Below the pieces are notes generated by a model that did no database searches, was not told where the DNA came from, and worked only from the letters and a program-made list of their open reading frames with translations. The translations under genes were made by a program, and so were the position numbers. From Candidatus Babelota bacterium (GTDB lineage: Bacteria > Babelota > Babeliae > Babelales > JAHIUU01), in the NCBI GenBank assembly GCA_018817025.1, contig JAHIUU010000001.1:6852-70851 (forward strand): 64,000 nt of DNA, given 5' to 3'. This document shows positions 29,345 through 37,319 of the stretch, piece by piece (position 1 is the first letter of the stretch; every line of letters begins with the position of its first letter).

Positions 29345-29887
29345 ATGGAAAAAAAGCTTCTTGTCATTACGATCACGATATTGCTTAGTAGCCCTGCGTA
29401 TGCCGGACAGCCTGTCTCAAAAGAAGAAAAAACACCATGGAACTTTTCGGCATGGCTCTCTGAGGGCTTTCAAAAAACGATGGACCGCATGGAACAAGAA
29501 TTTGAAAAACTCAAACAAGAATTTTCGAAAATCAAACTGTTCGGACCACAAGTGAAAACTCATGAAGACAAAGAAAAAAAACAGTACAATATCGAAGTAA
29601 AACTTTCAGGATACCAAAAAGAAAAAATCTCTATTGCCCTTGATGTTCCTAAGGGAAAAGAGAAGCAACAAATCATGACAATTACTGCATCAAAAGAAAT
29701 TATAGAAAAAGATCCCGCTGGAAAAAAAATTGAAACAAAAGAAGAAAAGTTTGAGTGGTCAGAGACACTTCCAAAAGGCGCAAACGGCCAGAAAGCAACC
29801 GCTCAATTTAAAGATGGCATTCTTTTGATACAAATGCCTCTTGAGATCAAAGAGCAAGTAGAAACTGTTACAATTACTGTTCGCTAA
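29345..29887 (+). CDS. Signal-peptide-bearing alpha-crystallin (Hsp20-like) domain protein
   Basis: It has a signal peptide (MEKKLLVITITILLSSPAYA/GQ). The ACD-like core reads YNIEVKLSGYQKEKISIALD...MTITASKE...FEWSETLPKGANGQKATAQFKDGILLIQMP. An AGGAG SD lies upstream. Confidence 0.6.
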   Translation: MEKKLLVITITILLSSPAYAGQPVSKEEKTPWNFSAWLSEGFQKTMDRMEQEFEKLKQEFSKIKLFGPQVKTHEDKEKKQYNIEVKLSGYQKEKISIALDVPKGKEKQQIMTITASKEIIEKDPAGKKIETKEEKFEWSETLPKGANGQKATAQFKDGILLIQMPLEIKEQVETVTITVR

Positions 29888-30648
29888 AAAACTTCGAGCT
29901 TCCTATAACACTCTCCATATGGCTTATCGGACGCACACTGCTTTGCAACATGTCTATTCGAGACTTTAACTAACTCAATAAAGCTATGGTGTTCATGCGG
30001 AAAAGCAGGATCAAGTATCTGAGATGCATGAAAAGAAATAAGCTTTGTTTTTTCGGCCATTGCATGCTCATCAAAAAACAAAGTCATATCACACTGACTC
30101 TTAGCATAAACAGGATCCCACACTCTATACCCAAAAACTTTCCCCCTGAAAGAAATATTCTTAAGTGCCTGAAGCGTAAGAACATGAACCGTTGCATGCG
30201 TTTTATGAGGATCGCTCATTTCATCAATTAAAAAAACCACGTCTGGATTAATGTAACGAATTGACGACTCAATAATTGCCAGATCGTTACGCGCAAGTTT
30301 TTTTTCTTGCTTCTGTTTTTCGTAAAATGGAAGATTCCAAAAAATCGATTCTATTCCTAGATAATCACAAGAAGCAAGCGCTTCACGCCTGCGAATCTGG
30401 CTCTTGATCGCTTGTTTTTCTCTATCCGACCGATCGCTAAAGCCAGAATCAACTTTTTGCGCAAACCGATCAGTTACCCCATTAAAACCGCTAACGGCAT
30501 ATGCGACGGTAATTGAATCAGGCACAAGCGATAAAAGAAGAGCCCCACACCCAATTACGTCGTCATCGGGATGTGGAGCTACAAAAAGTATTTTCTTACC
30601 TGCTAACTCGATCATCTTTTCTTTGAGCCATACATTTTTTTGAGCCAC
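29884..30648 (-). CDS. PIG-L/LmbE-family N-acetylglucosaminyl deacetylase
   Basis: Contains ILFVAPHPDDDVIGCGALLL and DPHKTHATV, the metal-binding motifs of the PIG-L family. An alternative ATG at 30615 would give a 4-nt overlap with the upstream gene. Confidence 0.72.
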   Translation of the reverse strand: MAQKNVWLKEKMIELAGKKILFVAPHPDDDVIGCGALLLSLVPDSITVAYAVSGFNGVTDRFAQKVDSGFSDRSDREKQAIKSQIRRREALASCDYLGIESIFWNLPFYEKQKQEKKLARNDLAIIESSIRYINPDVVFLIDEMSDPHKTHATVHVLTLQALKNISFRGKVFGYRVWDPVYAKSQCDMTLFFDEHAMAEKTKLISFHASQILDPAFPHEHHSFIELVKVSNRHVAKQCASDKPYGECYRKLEVF

Positions 30649-31205
30649 AGCTTAGAGAATTTTTTTGAAACTCTTCTCAGTAAGCCAAATCCTTTCAACC
30701 AGCTGATCATATCTTCTAGAGTTCGAGCTTCCTGTTCAGCGCCTCCTGGCTTGGTAACTGGCCCCATTCCACAAAATTCAGTGGTTGGCGTCCACTCACC
30801 CTCTTCGAGAGGCTGCGCAAACATAATTTTGAAACCAAACGGATCTTTGACCGAGAAAGAAACAACACCCCAAGGCTGTTTTTTCGGTTGCTCGAGAATC
30901 TCTACTCTTTTCCTTTTGCATCGCTCAAGATACTTGTCAAATCCCTTTTTCATCTCAACATAAACCCCGGCGCCTCGACCAGCACAATGCTTGACAAGAC
31001 TCATCTCTGCAAGTTCTCCTGAGGACGGAGTTCGAAATCCGATGAAGCATTTTCCCTTTTTAAGCAATACATACTCAATATAACTTCGACCGTCTTCCTT
31101 TTTTGTTGCTAACTCAACAACATCAAAACCCAACTTTTCACTATAAAACTTTGCTGCATTCTCTACCGACTCAACAACAAACATCGGCATACAACTCTTC
31201 ATCAT
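30612..31205 (-). CDS. VOC (glyoxalase/bleomycin-resistance fold) family protein with a basic C-terminal tail
   Basis: Contains PMFVVESVENAAKFYSEKLGFDV and QPWGVVSFSVKDPFGFKIMFAQP, which is typical of VOC proteins. A ~55-aa extra tail ends KKFSKLWLKKMYGSKKR. Confidence 0.68.
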   Translation of the reverse strand: MMKSCMPMFVVESVENAAKFYSEKLGFDVVELATKKEDGRSYIEYVLLKKGKCFIGFRTPSSGELAEMSLVKHCAGRGAGVYVEMKKGFDKYLERCKRKRVEILEQPKKQPWGVVSFSVKDPFGFKIMFAQPLEEGEWTPTTEFCGMGPVTKPGGAEQEARTLEDMISWLKGFGLLRRVSKKFSKLWLKKMYGSKKR

Positions 31206-31236
31206 ACCACGCCCCTTCTCATCTTAAATAAACATC

Positions 31237-31503
31237 TTATCTTGCTGCCTGAGCAACCTTCTTTGCAAGACGACTGATTTTTCGTGAAGCGGTACTCTTC
31301 TTTAACAGGCCCTTTCCTCGAGCTCTAGCAATTTTTGCCTCTGCATCTTGCAAACAAGCCTTTGCCGTCTCAACATCCTTATCCAAGAGAGCATCAAGCA
31401 CTTTCCGCGTCGCAGACTTTATATCAGAGCGACGAGCAACGTTTCTCTTGCGTCTGATTTCATTTGTCTTAGCTCTCTTCTTTGCTGATTTTATATTAGC
31501 CAT
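31237..31503 (-). CDS. rpsT: 30S ribosomal protein S20
   Basis: MANIKSAKKRAKTNEIRRKRN is the S20 N-terminus. 88 aa. Confidence 0.95.
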   Translation of the reverse strand: MANIKSAKKRAKTNEIRRKRNVARRSDIKSATRKVLDALLDKDVETAKACLQDAEAKIARARGKGLLKKSTASRKISRLAKKVAQAAR

Positions 31504-31547
31504 CTATCTTTTCTCCACAGTTTTCACATTTTTCTTACGTTCGGTCC

Positions 31548-31745
31548 CTAAACGACCTTCTCAACTTTCCCAGACTTGACGCACTTCGTACAAACCGCGC
31601 CACGCTTAATACTTCTTTGACCTTTATAAACAAACCGCATGACATGAACATTTGGGTACACCCAGCGCTTTGTCTTATTATTCGCATTACTCACGTTGTT
31701 GCCAACTCGAGGCCGTTTTTCACAAACAACACATTTATTCGCCAT
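31548..31745 (-). CDS. rpmB: 50S ribosomal protein L28 (4-Cys form)
   Basis: MANKCVVCEKRPRVGNNVSNANNKTKRWVYPNV, then CTKCVKSG. 65 aa. Confidence 0.93.
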   Translation of the reverse strand: MANKCVVCEKRPRVGNNVSNANNKTKRWVYPNVHVMRFVYKGQRSIKRGAVCTKCVKSGKVEKVV

Positions 31746-31802
31746 TCGCCTATTCCTTTAATTTACCACCAATTTACAATATTCACCCGCGGTTAGAGTG
31801 TC

Positions 31803-31830
31803 ATTTTACCACAACAAAGCTCTTTTTCAA
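31803..31830 (-). promoter_or_regulatory. Candidate promoter for rpmB-rpsT (TTGAAA-16 nt-TGgTAAAAT, extended -10)
   Basis: On the reverse complement: -35 TTGAAA (31825-31830), a 16-nt spacer ending in TGg, and -10 TAAAAT (31803-31808). It lies ~55 nt upstream of the rpmB ATG. Confidence 0.4.
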
Positions 31831-31847
31831 GCAAACAAGCTGTCAAT

Positions 31848-33803
31848 TTATCCGGCCTGAATAGGCCGAACTTCGCCATCACCCAATTCGTCAGATGGAT
31901 CATCAGCATCTGTCAGACTATGAAACTTTCGAAGTTTCATCCCAAGGAGGTGGTACACCTCTTTTGCCTGCAGAGTCTCCTGCTCAAGCAATCCCTTTGC
32001 TAAAATCTCTAACTTGCCCTTATTGTCAACCAAAAGCTTTTCTGCGCTATTGTAACACGAGGTAATGATATCCGATATTTCCGCGTCAATTTTTCGAGCG
32101 GTGTCTTCAGAATAGTCCGCTGAGTGCCTCATTATATCACGGCCAAGGTAGGGATGATCTGTATTGTTTCCAAACACAATCGGTCCAAGCTTGGACATTC
32201 CATATTTACATACCATGCGACGCGCAATTTTGGTTGCATGACTAATATCACTTGCAGCGCCAGTTGACTGCGTATCGAAAACCAACTTCTCCGCCAATAA
32301 GCCGCCAAGCGCAATCATAATCTTTGCTCTCATCAAATCAACACTTTCGATGTGTCGATCTTCTTCAGGAAATGACCAGGAGGCACCCATCGACCTTCCT
32401 CGGGGAACAATGGTAACTTTATGAAGAAGATCGGCGTCTTCAAGCAGTACATTGACCAGCGCATGACCAGATTCATGATACGCCGTCTGAATCTTATCTT
32501 TCTCCGAAAGCACCACAGTCTTGCGTTCCGCGCCGAGTAAAAGCTTATCGCGCGCCTGCTCAAAGTCACCAATTTCAACAAACTGCTTATCCGCCTTAGA
32601 AGCAGATAGCGCCGATTCGTTCACCAGATTCTCAAGATCAGCCCCACTAAACCCAGGCGTTCCACGAGCCACACGAAGCAAATCAAGACCAGGCTTTAGG
32701 GTGATCCGACTGGCATGAATCTGTAAAATCTTCTCTCGACTTTTAAGATCTGGATAAGGCACCTCAACAATCCGGTCAAATCGACCGGGACGAAGCAACG
32801 CATTATCAAGGACATCTGGTCGGTTTGTTGCTGCTAAAACAATAACCGAGCCATGCTCAGTTGAAAAGCCATCCATTTCGGATAACAACTGATTTAGAGT
32901 CTGCTCTCGCTCATCGTTTCCTCCCCCAAGACCAACGCCTCGCTGCCGGCCAACAGCATCAATTTCATCGATAAACACAATACATGGCGAGTGTTTTCTT
33001 GCCTGTACAAACAAATCGCGAACTCGAGAAGCCCCGACACCAACAAACACCTCAACAAAATCTGAACCACTGATGCTGAAAAATGGACAACTTGCCTCCC
33101 CAGCAACTGCCTTTGCGAGAAGCGTTTTCCCGTTGCCTGGTGCGCCGCTAAGCAGCACTCCCTTAGGAATCTTTGCTCCAAGACGACCAAACTTCTTTGG
33201 ATCCTTCAAAAACTTAATAATATCCTGAAGATCATCCTTTGCCTCATCAACCCCAGCAACATCTTTGAAGGTTACATTAACCGTATTTGGAGAAAAAAAT
33301 CTTGCCTTGCTCTTCCCAACATTAAAAATCTTACTGGCACCACCACCACCACCCTGTCCCTGTCGAAAGTAAAACAAGACCGCAAAAAACAAAAAGCTCA
33401 ACATCATAAGCAACAACAACGTCGCCCCCCAGCCAGGCTTATCAATCGGAATAACCGACACATTAACATTGTGAGACGCAAGCAACTCCCAGAGCTTTTC
33501 GGTTGGCATAATATGCGTCTCAAACTGAAGACCATTCTGCCTAAGAGCGCCATATACATAATTATCTTGGACCGTGATTTTTTCAACCTTGTCCTCTTCA
33601 ACCATACTGACAAATTTTGAATAAGAAACCGTTTTGACATCTCGATTAACCGAGTTATACCAAAACAGATAGAACATCCCTCCAACTAGCAGCGCAAGTA
33701 AAAGCCACAAAGCATTTGGACCTTTTTGCGACATCTTTGGATTGCGCCTCTTCTTAGGGCCCTCCCCTTTTCCTGTCTCTTTTTTCATATGCGACGCCCT
33801 CAA
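31848..33803 (-). CDS. ftsH: ATP-dependent zinc metalloprotease FtsH
   Basis: Contains [23 protein letters not shown] (Walker A), [10 protein letters not shown], the SRH, and HESGHALV (HExxH). Several in-frame ATGs lie at the 5' end (33803, 33788, 33734), so the exact start is uncertain. Confidence 0.97.
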   Translation of the reverse strand: MRASHMKKETGKGEGPKKRRNPKMSQKGPNALWLLLALLVGGMFYLFWYNSVNRDVKTVSYSKFVSMVEEDKVEKITVQDNYVYGALRQNGLQFETHIMPTEKLWELLASHNVNVSVIPIDKPGWGATLLLLMMLSFLFFAVLFYFRQGQGGGGGASKIFNVGKSKARFFSPNTVNVTFKDVAGVDEAKDDLQDIIKFLKDPKKFGRLGAKIPKGVLLSGAPGNGKTLLAKAVAGEASCPFFSISGSDFVEVFVGVGASRVRDLFVQARKHSPCIVFIDEIDAVGRQRGVGLGGGNDEREQTLNQLLSEMDGFSTEHGSVIVLAATNRPDVLDNALLRPGRFDRIVEVPYPDLKSREKILQIHASRITLKPGLDLLRVARGTPGFSGADLENLVNESALSASKADKQFVEIGDFEQARDKLLLGAERKTVVLSEKDKIQTAYHESGHALVNVLLEDADLLHKVTIVPRGRSMGASWSFPEEDRHIESVDLMRAKIMIALGGLLAEKLVFDTQSTGAASDISHATKIARRMVCKYGMSKLGPIVFGNNTDHPYLGRDIMRHSADYSEDTARKIDAEISDIITSCYNSAEKLLVDNKGKLEILAKGLLEQETLQAKEVYHLLGMKLRKFHSLTDADDPSDELGDGEVRPIQAG

Positions 33804-33923
33804 CTTATTATTTACAAACTTTTCTATCTATAAACCAAGATCCATCTCCGGGAAAAAACGCCTGTTAATGGTACTAAAAACAGACATTTTTTGCAAACTA
33901 ACAGGTGTTTTCCGCCGATTCCC

Positions 33924-35285
33924 CTATAAAGGCCACAACTGCTGACCAGTCCAACGAGGAAAGCTCTTTGGTTCAGGAGTTCGAGTTAATATTCTAATAT
34001 TGCCACTTTTATAGTTCAAAGCAGCAATCTGCTGAGAACTCTTCTTCTTTTTCCCAACCTGATCGATTGAAAAAGCGATATACCGACCACACTCAGACCA
34101 AGATGGTTCGTGCTTGTTGCCCGGACAAGATGTAATTCGGCGTTCATCAAGAACATCAAGGTTATCAAGAGAAAGCGCAAACAGTTGAAATACCCCTTTT
34201 ACAGGCCTCGTATATACAAGCATATTGGTCTTAGGGCAATACGAAGGTGCTGCACAATAGCCGTTCCCCCCGGTCAACCTTCTCGTCCCACCCGTTTTTC
34301 GATTCAGGTAGTAAATCTGCGGTAACCCGGTCTCATAATCGGAACAAAAAACAATATCGCCATTGGCAAGCATGCATGGCGAAACATTATGTGCACCGTT
34401 ATGCGTCAGAGGCTTAAATACCCGTTTTTTTGCCTCTTTGCACATCCTTGGATCGTACAGATACAATTCAGAATTTCCACGCCCCCCAGACAGGCAGATC
34501 GCAGCCGTTTTTCCATCACCGGAGAACGCTGGTTGCATATTGAGACCGGAATACGAGCAAATAACACTATGCCTACCCGTGCGCAAGTCAACCGACATCA
34601 ATCGGTTATTAGACTTCGTCAGCTGGGAGTAAAAAAGAACCGGTACCTTGGTGTGCCAACTTGGTGCAAGGTTAATTGTCTTCGCAGGAACAACAACACA
34701 TTCTCTCTTGCACGCATAGTCGGCTAAACAAATGATCTTGTGATGTGACGAAACCATCTTACAATAGACCACCGAAGTTGAGCAAATCCCTCGATCTCCT
34801 GTAAGCTTTTGCAGAATGTCACCAGAAAGATTATGTCCCTGAGCAACCAAATTTTTTCTTTCTATCGTAACGGTTTTGTCAAAAACGACATGATTTGAAC
34901 TTGTGTCTCTTATCCTCACATGCACACGAGTTCCTCGCTTTTTATTCTTTTCAACAAAACCAAAAGCGGTTACGAGCGAAACACCCTGTTTAAAAAGTTC
35001 TTTCAAATTAATCGCTGTAAGACGGTGCTCTTTCTTTTTGAGGTCAACATCGAATTGATCTGTAAAATTAAGGTCATCACGAACAATCCTGGCAACCTCA
35101 AAAAGTAATGGGTTCTTACTACTACACAGCATCTGATTTTTCAACCGGCTATACAAACCACAATGCGGTCCGGTAACGGTAAACGTTCTCGCATTTGATT
35201 TTGTTACCGTTGCTACCGCATAGACCGCTGTAAAGCCAAACAATTGAGTAAAAACAAAAACAAAAACAAAAAACCGTTTTGTCAT
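33924..35285 (-). CDS. tolB: Tol system periplasmic beta-propeller protein TolB
   Basis: 453 aa with a signal peptide. It shows repeated propeller-blade motifs (PAFSGDGKTAAI, VSPCMLANGDIVFCS, APSYCPKTNMLVY, EPSWSECGRYIAFS) and sits after tolQ-tolR-tolA-like. Confidence 0.78.
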   Translation of the reverse strand: MTKRFFVFVFVFTQLFGFTAVYAVATVTKSNARTFTVTGPHCGLYSRLKNQMLCSSKNPLLFEVARIVRDDLNFTDQFDVDLKKKEHRLTAINLKELFKQGVSLVTAFGFVEKNKKRGTRVHVRIRDTSSNHVVFDKTVTIERKNLVAQGHNLSGDILQKLTGDRGICSTSVVYCKMVSSHHKIICLADYACKRECVVVPAKTINLAPSWHTKVPVLFYSQLTKSNNRLMSVDLRTGRHSVICSYSGLNMQPAFSGDGKTAAICLSGGRGNSELYLYDPRMCKEAKKRVFKPLTHNGAHNVSPCMLANGDIVFCSDYETGLPQIYYLNRKTGGTRRLTGGNGYCAAPSYCPKTNMLVYTRPVKGVFQLFALSLDNLDVLDERRITSCPGNKHEPSWSECGRYIAFSIDQVGKKKKSSQQIAALNYKSGNIRILTRTPEPKSFPRWTGQQLWPL

Positions 35286-35303
35286 AGAATATCTCCCTTC
35301 TCG

Positions 35304-35996
35304 TCACTGCCGAAATGTCACCGCAAAACTCTTGCCCCACAAACATCGATCAAATTTGAACTGTTTCCCGACACGAATAATACTCAAATCATAAATCAGC
35401 ACGTGAGAAGATTTTTGGATTGCAAACTCTTTTATAGATCCGTCGCGAGAAACCACAAAAAAAACTTCACATTCGGTTCCTTTCGGCACCCCGAGAGGTG
35501 GCTTCCATACCCGATCAACCTCCACCTGAATGCACTGCTGATACACAATCACTCGTGGATCGCTCTCTCCCATTAGATTAAAATGGAGCATCTCTTCTTT
35601 CTCAATCACCTCTTCTTTCTTCTGTTCTTCCTGCTTATCTTTTTTCTTCTTATCTACCTCTTTCTTGTCAGCTTTTTTCTCAGGTATTTTCTTCGTCACT
35701 ACTTTTTTTGGTTTTGGCTTCGCGGGAACCTTCTTCGATTTGCTCACCGGTTTTTTTTTCACACATTTCTTTAACGTTTTACTTGTCGATTTTTGCTTAA
35801 AATATCGTCCGTATACGTCCTTAGGCGCCCGTAGCCTACGAAAATAAGCGTTCGTAATCTTTCTCGAGTGTCGTCCATATGCAACAAATCGCTTCCGAAT
35901 GGACGAGTTTCTATTTACAAAACTGATAAATAATAGAATGACAATGTGGAAAAAAAGAGATAGCCATAACAATCGTTTATCCAAAGGACTACCCAT
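35304..35996 (-). CDS. TolA/TonB-like energy-transducer protein
   Basis: It has an N-terminal TM anchor (LLWLSLFFHIVILLFISF), a Lys/Pro/Glu-rich linker (KKKPVSKSKKVPAKPKPKKVV...), and a C-terminal TonB_C/TolA-III-like domain (VDRVWKPPLGVPKGTECEVFFVVSRDGSI). Its position between tolR and tolB suggests TolA. Confidence 0.6.
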   Translation of the reverse strand: MGSPLDKRLLWLSLFFHIVILLFISFVNRNSSIRKRFVAYGRHSRKITNAYFRRLRAPKDVYGRYFKQKSTSKTLKKCVKKKPVSKSKKVPAKPKPKKVVTKKIPEKKADKKEVDKKKKDKQEEQKKEEVIEKEEMLHFNLMGESDPRVIVYQQCIQVEVDRVWKPPLGVPKGTECEVFFVVSRDGSIKEFAIQKSSHVLIYDLSIIRVGKQFKFDRCLWGKSFAVTFRQ

Positions 35997-36405
35997 TCAA
36001 AATTGCCCGGGTCGACATCGCAACGTATTTAACGCCAGCAAGCTTTAGCTCATCGACAATCTGTATCACATGCCCATATGACACTTTCTCGTCCGCTCGA
36101 ATGTAGACAGGAAGATCCTCTCGAACTCCCATCGCCTTTTTCACAGCCTCAACAAGCATTGGTCTATTAATTGGATAACTATTGAAAAACAGCTTCCCCT
36201 CTTTATCAAGCGTTACAACCAGGTCCTGCTGAACGCCAACTTCTTTACTGCTACCCTGGGGCAAATCGATCTTTATGCCATTTTGTATCATAGGCGCAGT
36301 GATCATAAAAATAACCAATAGCGTTAAGGCCGTATCAATCAGCGGAGTAAGAGATACCTCAGGAAAAATTGACCGTTTAAATCGCTTACGTCTTTTTCTG
36401 ACCAT
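35989..36405 (-). CDS. tolR: Biopolymer transport protein TolR/ExbD
   Basis: 138 aa with EVSLTPLIDTALTLLVIFMITAP, the ExbD/TolR TM motif. Confidence 0.8.
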   Translation of the reverse strand: MVRKRRKRFKRSIFPEVSLTPLIDTALTLLVIFMITAPMIQNGIKIDLPQGSSKEVGVQQDLVVTLDKEGKLFFNSYPINRPMLVEAVKKAMGVREDLPVYIRADEKVSYGHVIQIVDELKLAGVKYVAMSTRAILNG

Positions 36406-36407
36406 AA

Positions 36408-37115
36408 TTACCTACGCTCGATTCGAACAAATGCCTGTTTTACAATATTTAAAAACCTATCTGATATACTCAAAAGCTGTAATTCAAATTTGCGCAGCTC
36501 ATTAGAAAAGTAATGAAAAAAAATAAGGGCAGGAATCGAAACAATTAGCCCAGCAAGCGTCGTTGTCAGTGCCTCTGCAATGCCAGGGGCGACGACAGAG
36601 ATATCTGCCGACCGCTGCTGACTAATATCAACAAACGCATGAACCAGCCCCCAAACCGTTCCAAACAAACCAATCAAAGGGGCAACCGCAGCGCTTGTTC
36701 CCAGAACTGGTAGATATTGCTCCTCTTCGGACAAAACAACATCCAGCGACTGGTCGACTAACAACTGTAGGTGTTCAATGTCTTGAATAGACAATGACGC
36801 CTCTTCCTGTGAAGCCCGCTGCACATGAAGCATCTCTTTCAACTCAGTCAACACCCGAATCAAAAACCTTCCGGCAGCAGAATCCTGATAGTTGCCACTC
36901 AGCGCCAAAAGCTCATCAAAGGTTCGAGCCAGCCTCATCTCTCCTTGCAGCTGCTTGATCATCTTCTTCTGCCGATGCAAAAATAAAAATTTACTCAAAA
37001 CAATCCACATGCAAAAAACAGATAAAGAAAAAAGGAAAAAAAGAACGAACTTCGTCATCGCGTCGGCTTGAATAACCAGCTGCCATGCCGGAGCCTTTGT
37101 AAGAAAATTAACCAT
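36408..37115 (-). CDS. tolQ: Proton-channel protein TolQ/ExbB (MotA/TolQ/ExbB family)
   Basis: Contains LGTSAAVAPLIGLFGTVWGLVHAF...IAEALTTTLAGLIVSIPALIF, the family signature. The start is set at ATG 37115, preceded by GGAGAGGGA; the ORF track starts 17 codons upstream. Confidence 0.85.
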   Translation of the reverse strand: MVNFLTKAPAWQLVIQADAMTKFVLFFLFSLSVFCMWIVLSKFLFLHRQKKMIKQLQGEMRLARTFDELLALSGNYQDSAAGRFLIRVLTELKEMLHVQRASQEEASLSIQDIEHLQLLVDQSLDVVLSEEEQYLPVLGTSAAVAPLIGLFGTVWGLVHAFVDISQQRSADISVVAPGIAEALTTTLAGLIVSIPALIFFHYFSNELRKFELQLLSISDRFLNIVKQAFVRIERR

Positions 37116-37221
37116 AGATCCCTCTCCAAAATTATATTGCCACCAATGGTGACTATCGGAAAACATGCCCTGAGTATAGAGAAAAAGTTTGGCTTAATAA
37201 ATATTTTTTACAACAAAACCC

Positions 37222-37251
37222 TTGCTAAACAAGAAATAAATACACTATTAT
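37222..37251 (+). promoter_or_regulatory. Candidate promoter for the large secreted-protein gene (TTGCTA-18 nt-TATTAT)
   Basis: -35 TTGCTA (37222-37227) and -10 TATTAT (37246-37251) in the 204-bp divergent tolQ/large-gene intergenic region. The context is very AT-rich, so specificity is low. Confidence 0.3.
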
Positions 37252-37319
37252 AAAAATAATATAAGACTGGCGCGCAAAATAATGCCAGATTGAATGTCTT
37301 TATCAGAGAGGGTAGAACG

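Noticed and set aside
29340-29555. A 71-aa alternative-frame ORF at the start of the Hsp20-like gene.
   Set aside because: The +2 frame ORF (29345-29887) is longer and has a signal peptide and an ACD-like domain. The 71-aa frame is Lys/Arg-rich low complexity.
33851-33909. A possible intrinsic terminator after tolB: an 11-bp stem with one mismatch (AACACCTGTTA / TAACAGGCGTT) followed by T6 on the minus strand.
   Set aside because: The loop is ~31 nt, far larger than in canonical Rho-independent terminators, and the stem is weak. It may still matter, but I cannot support it as a terminator.
35250-35274. An (AAAAAC)x3-4 hexanucleotide repeat at the 5' end of tolB, considered as a slipped-strand phase-variation tract.
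   Set aside because: The repeat unit is 6 nt, so copy-number changes stay in frame. It has only 3-4 copies and simply encodes the FVFVFVF hydrophobic core of the signal peptide.
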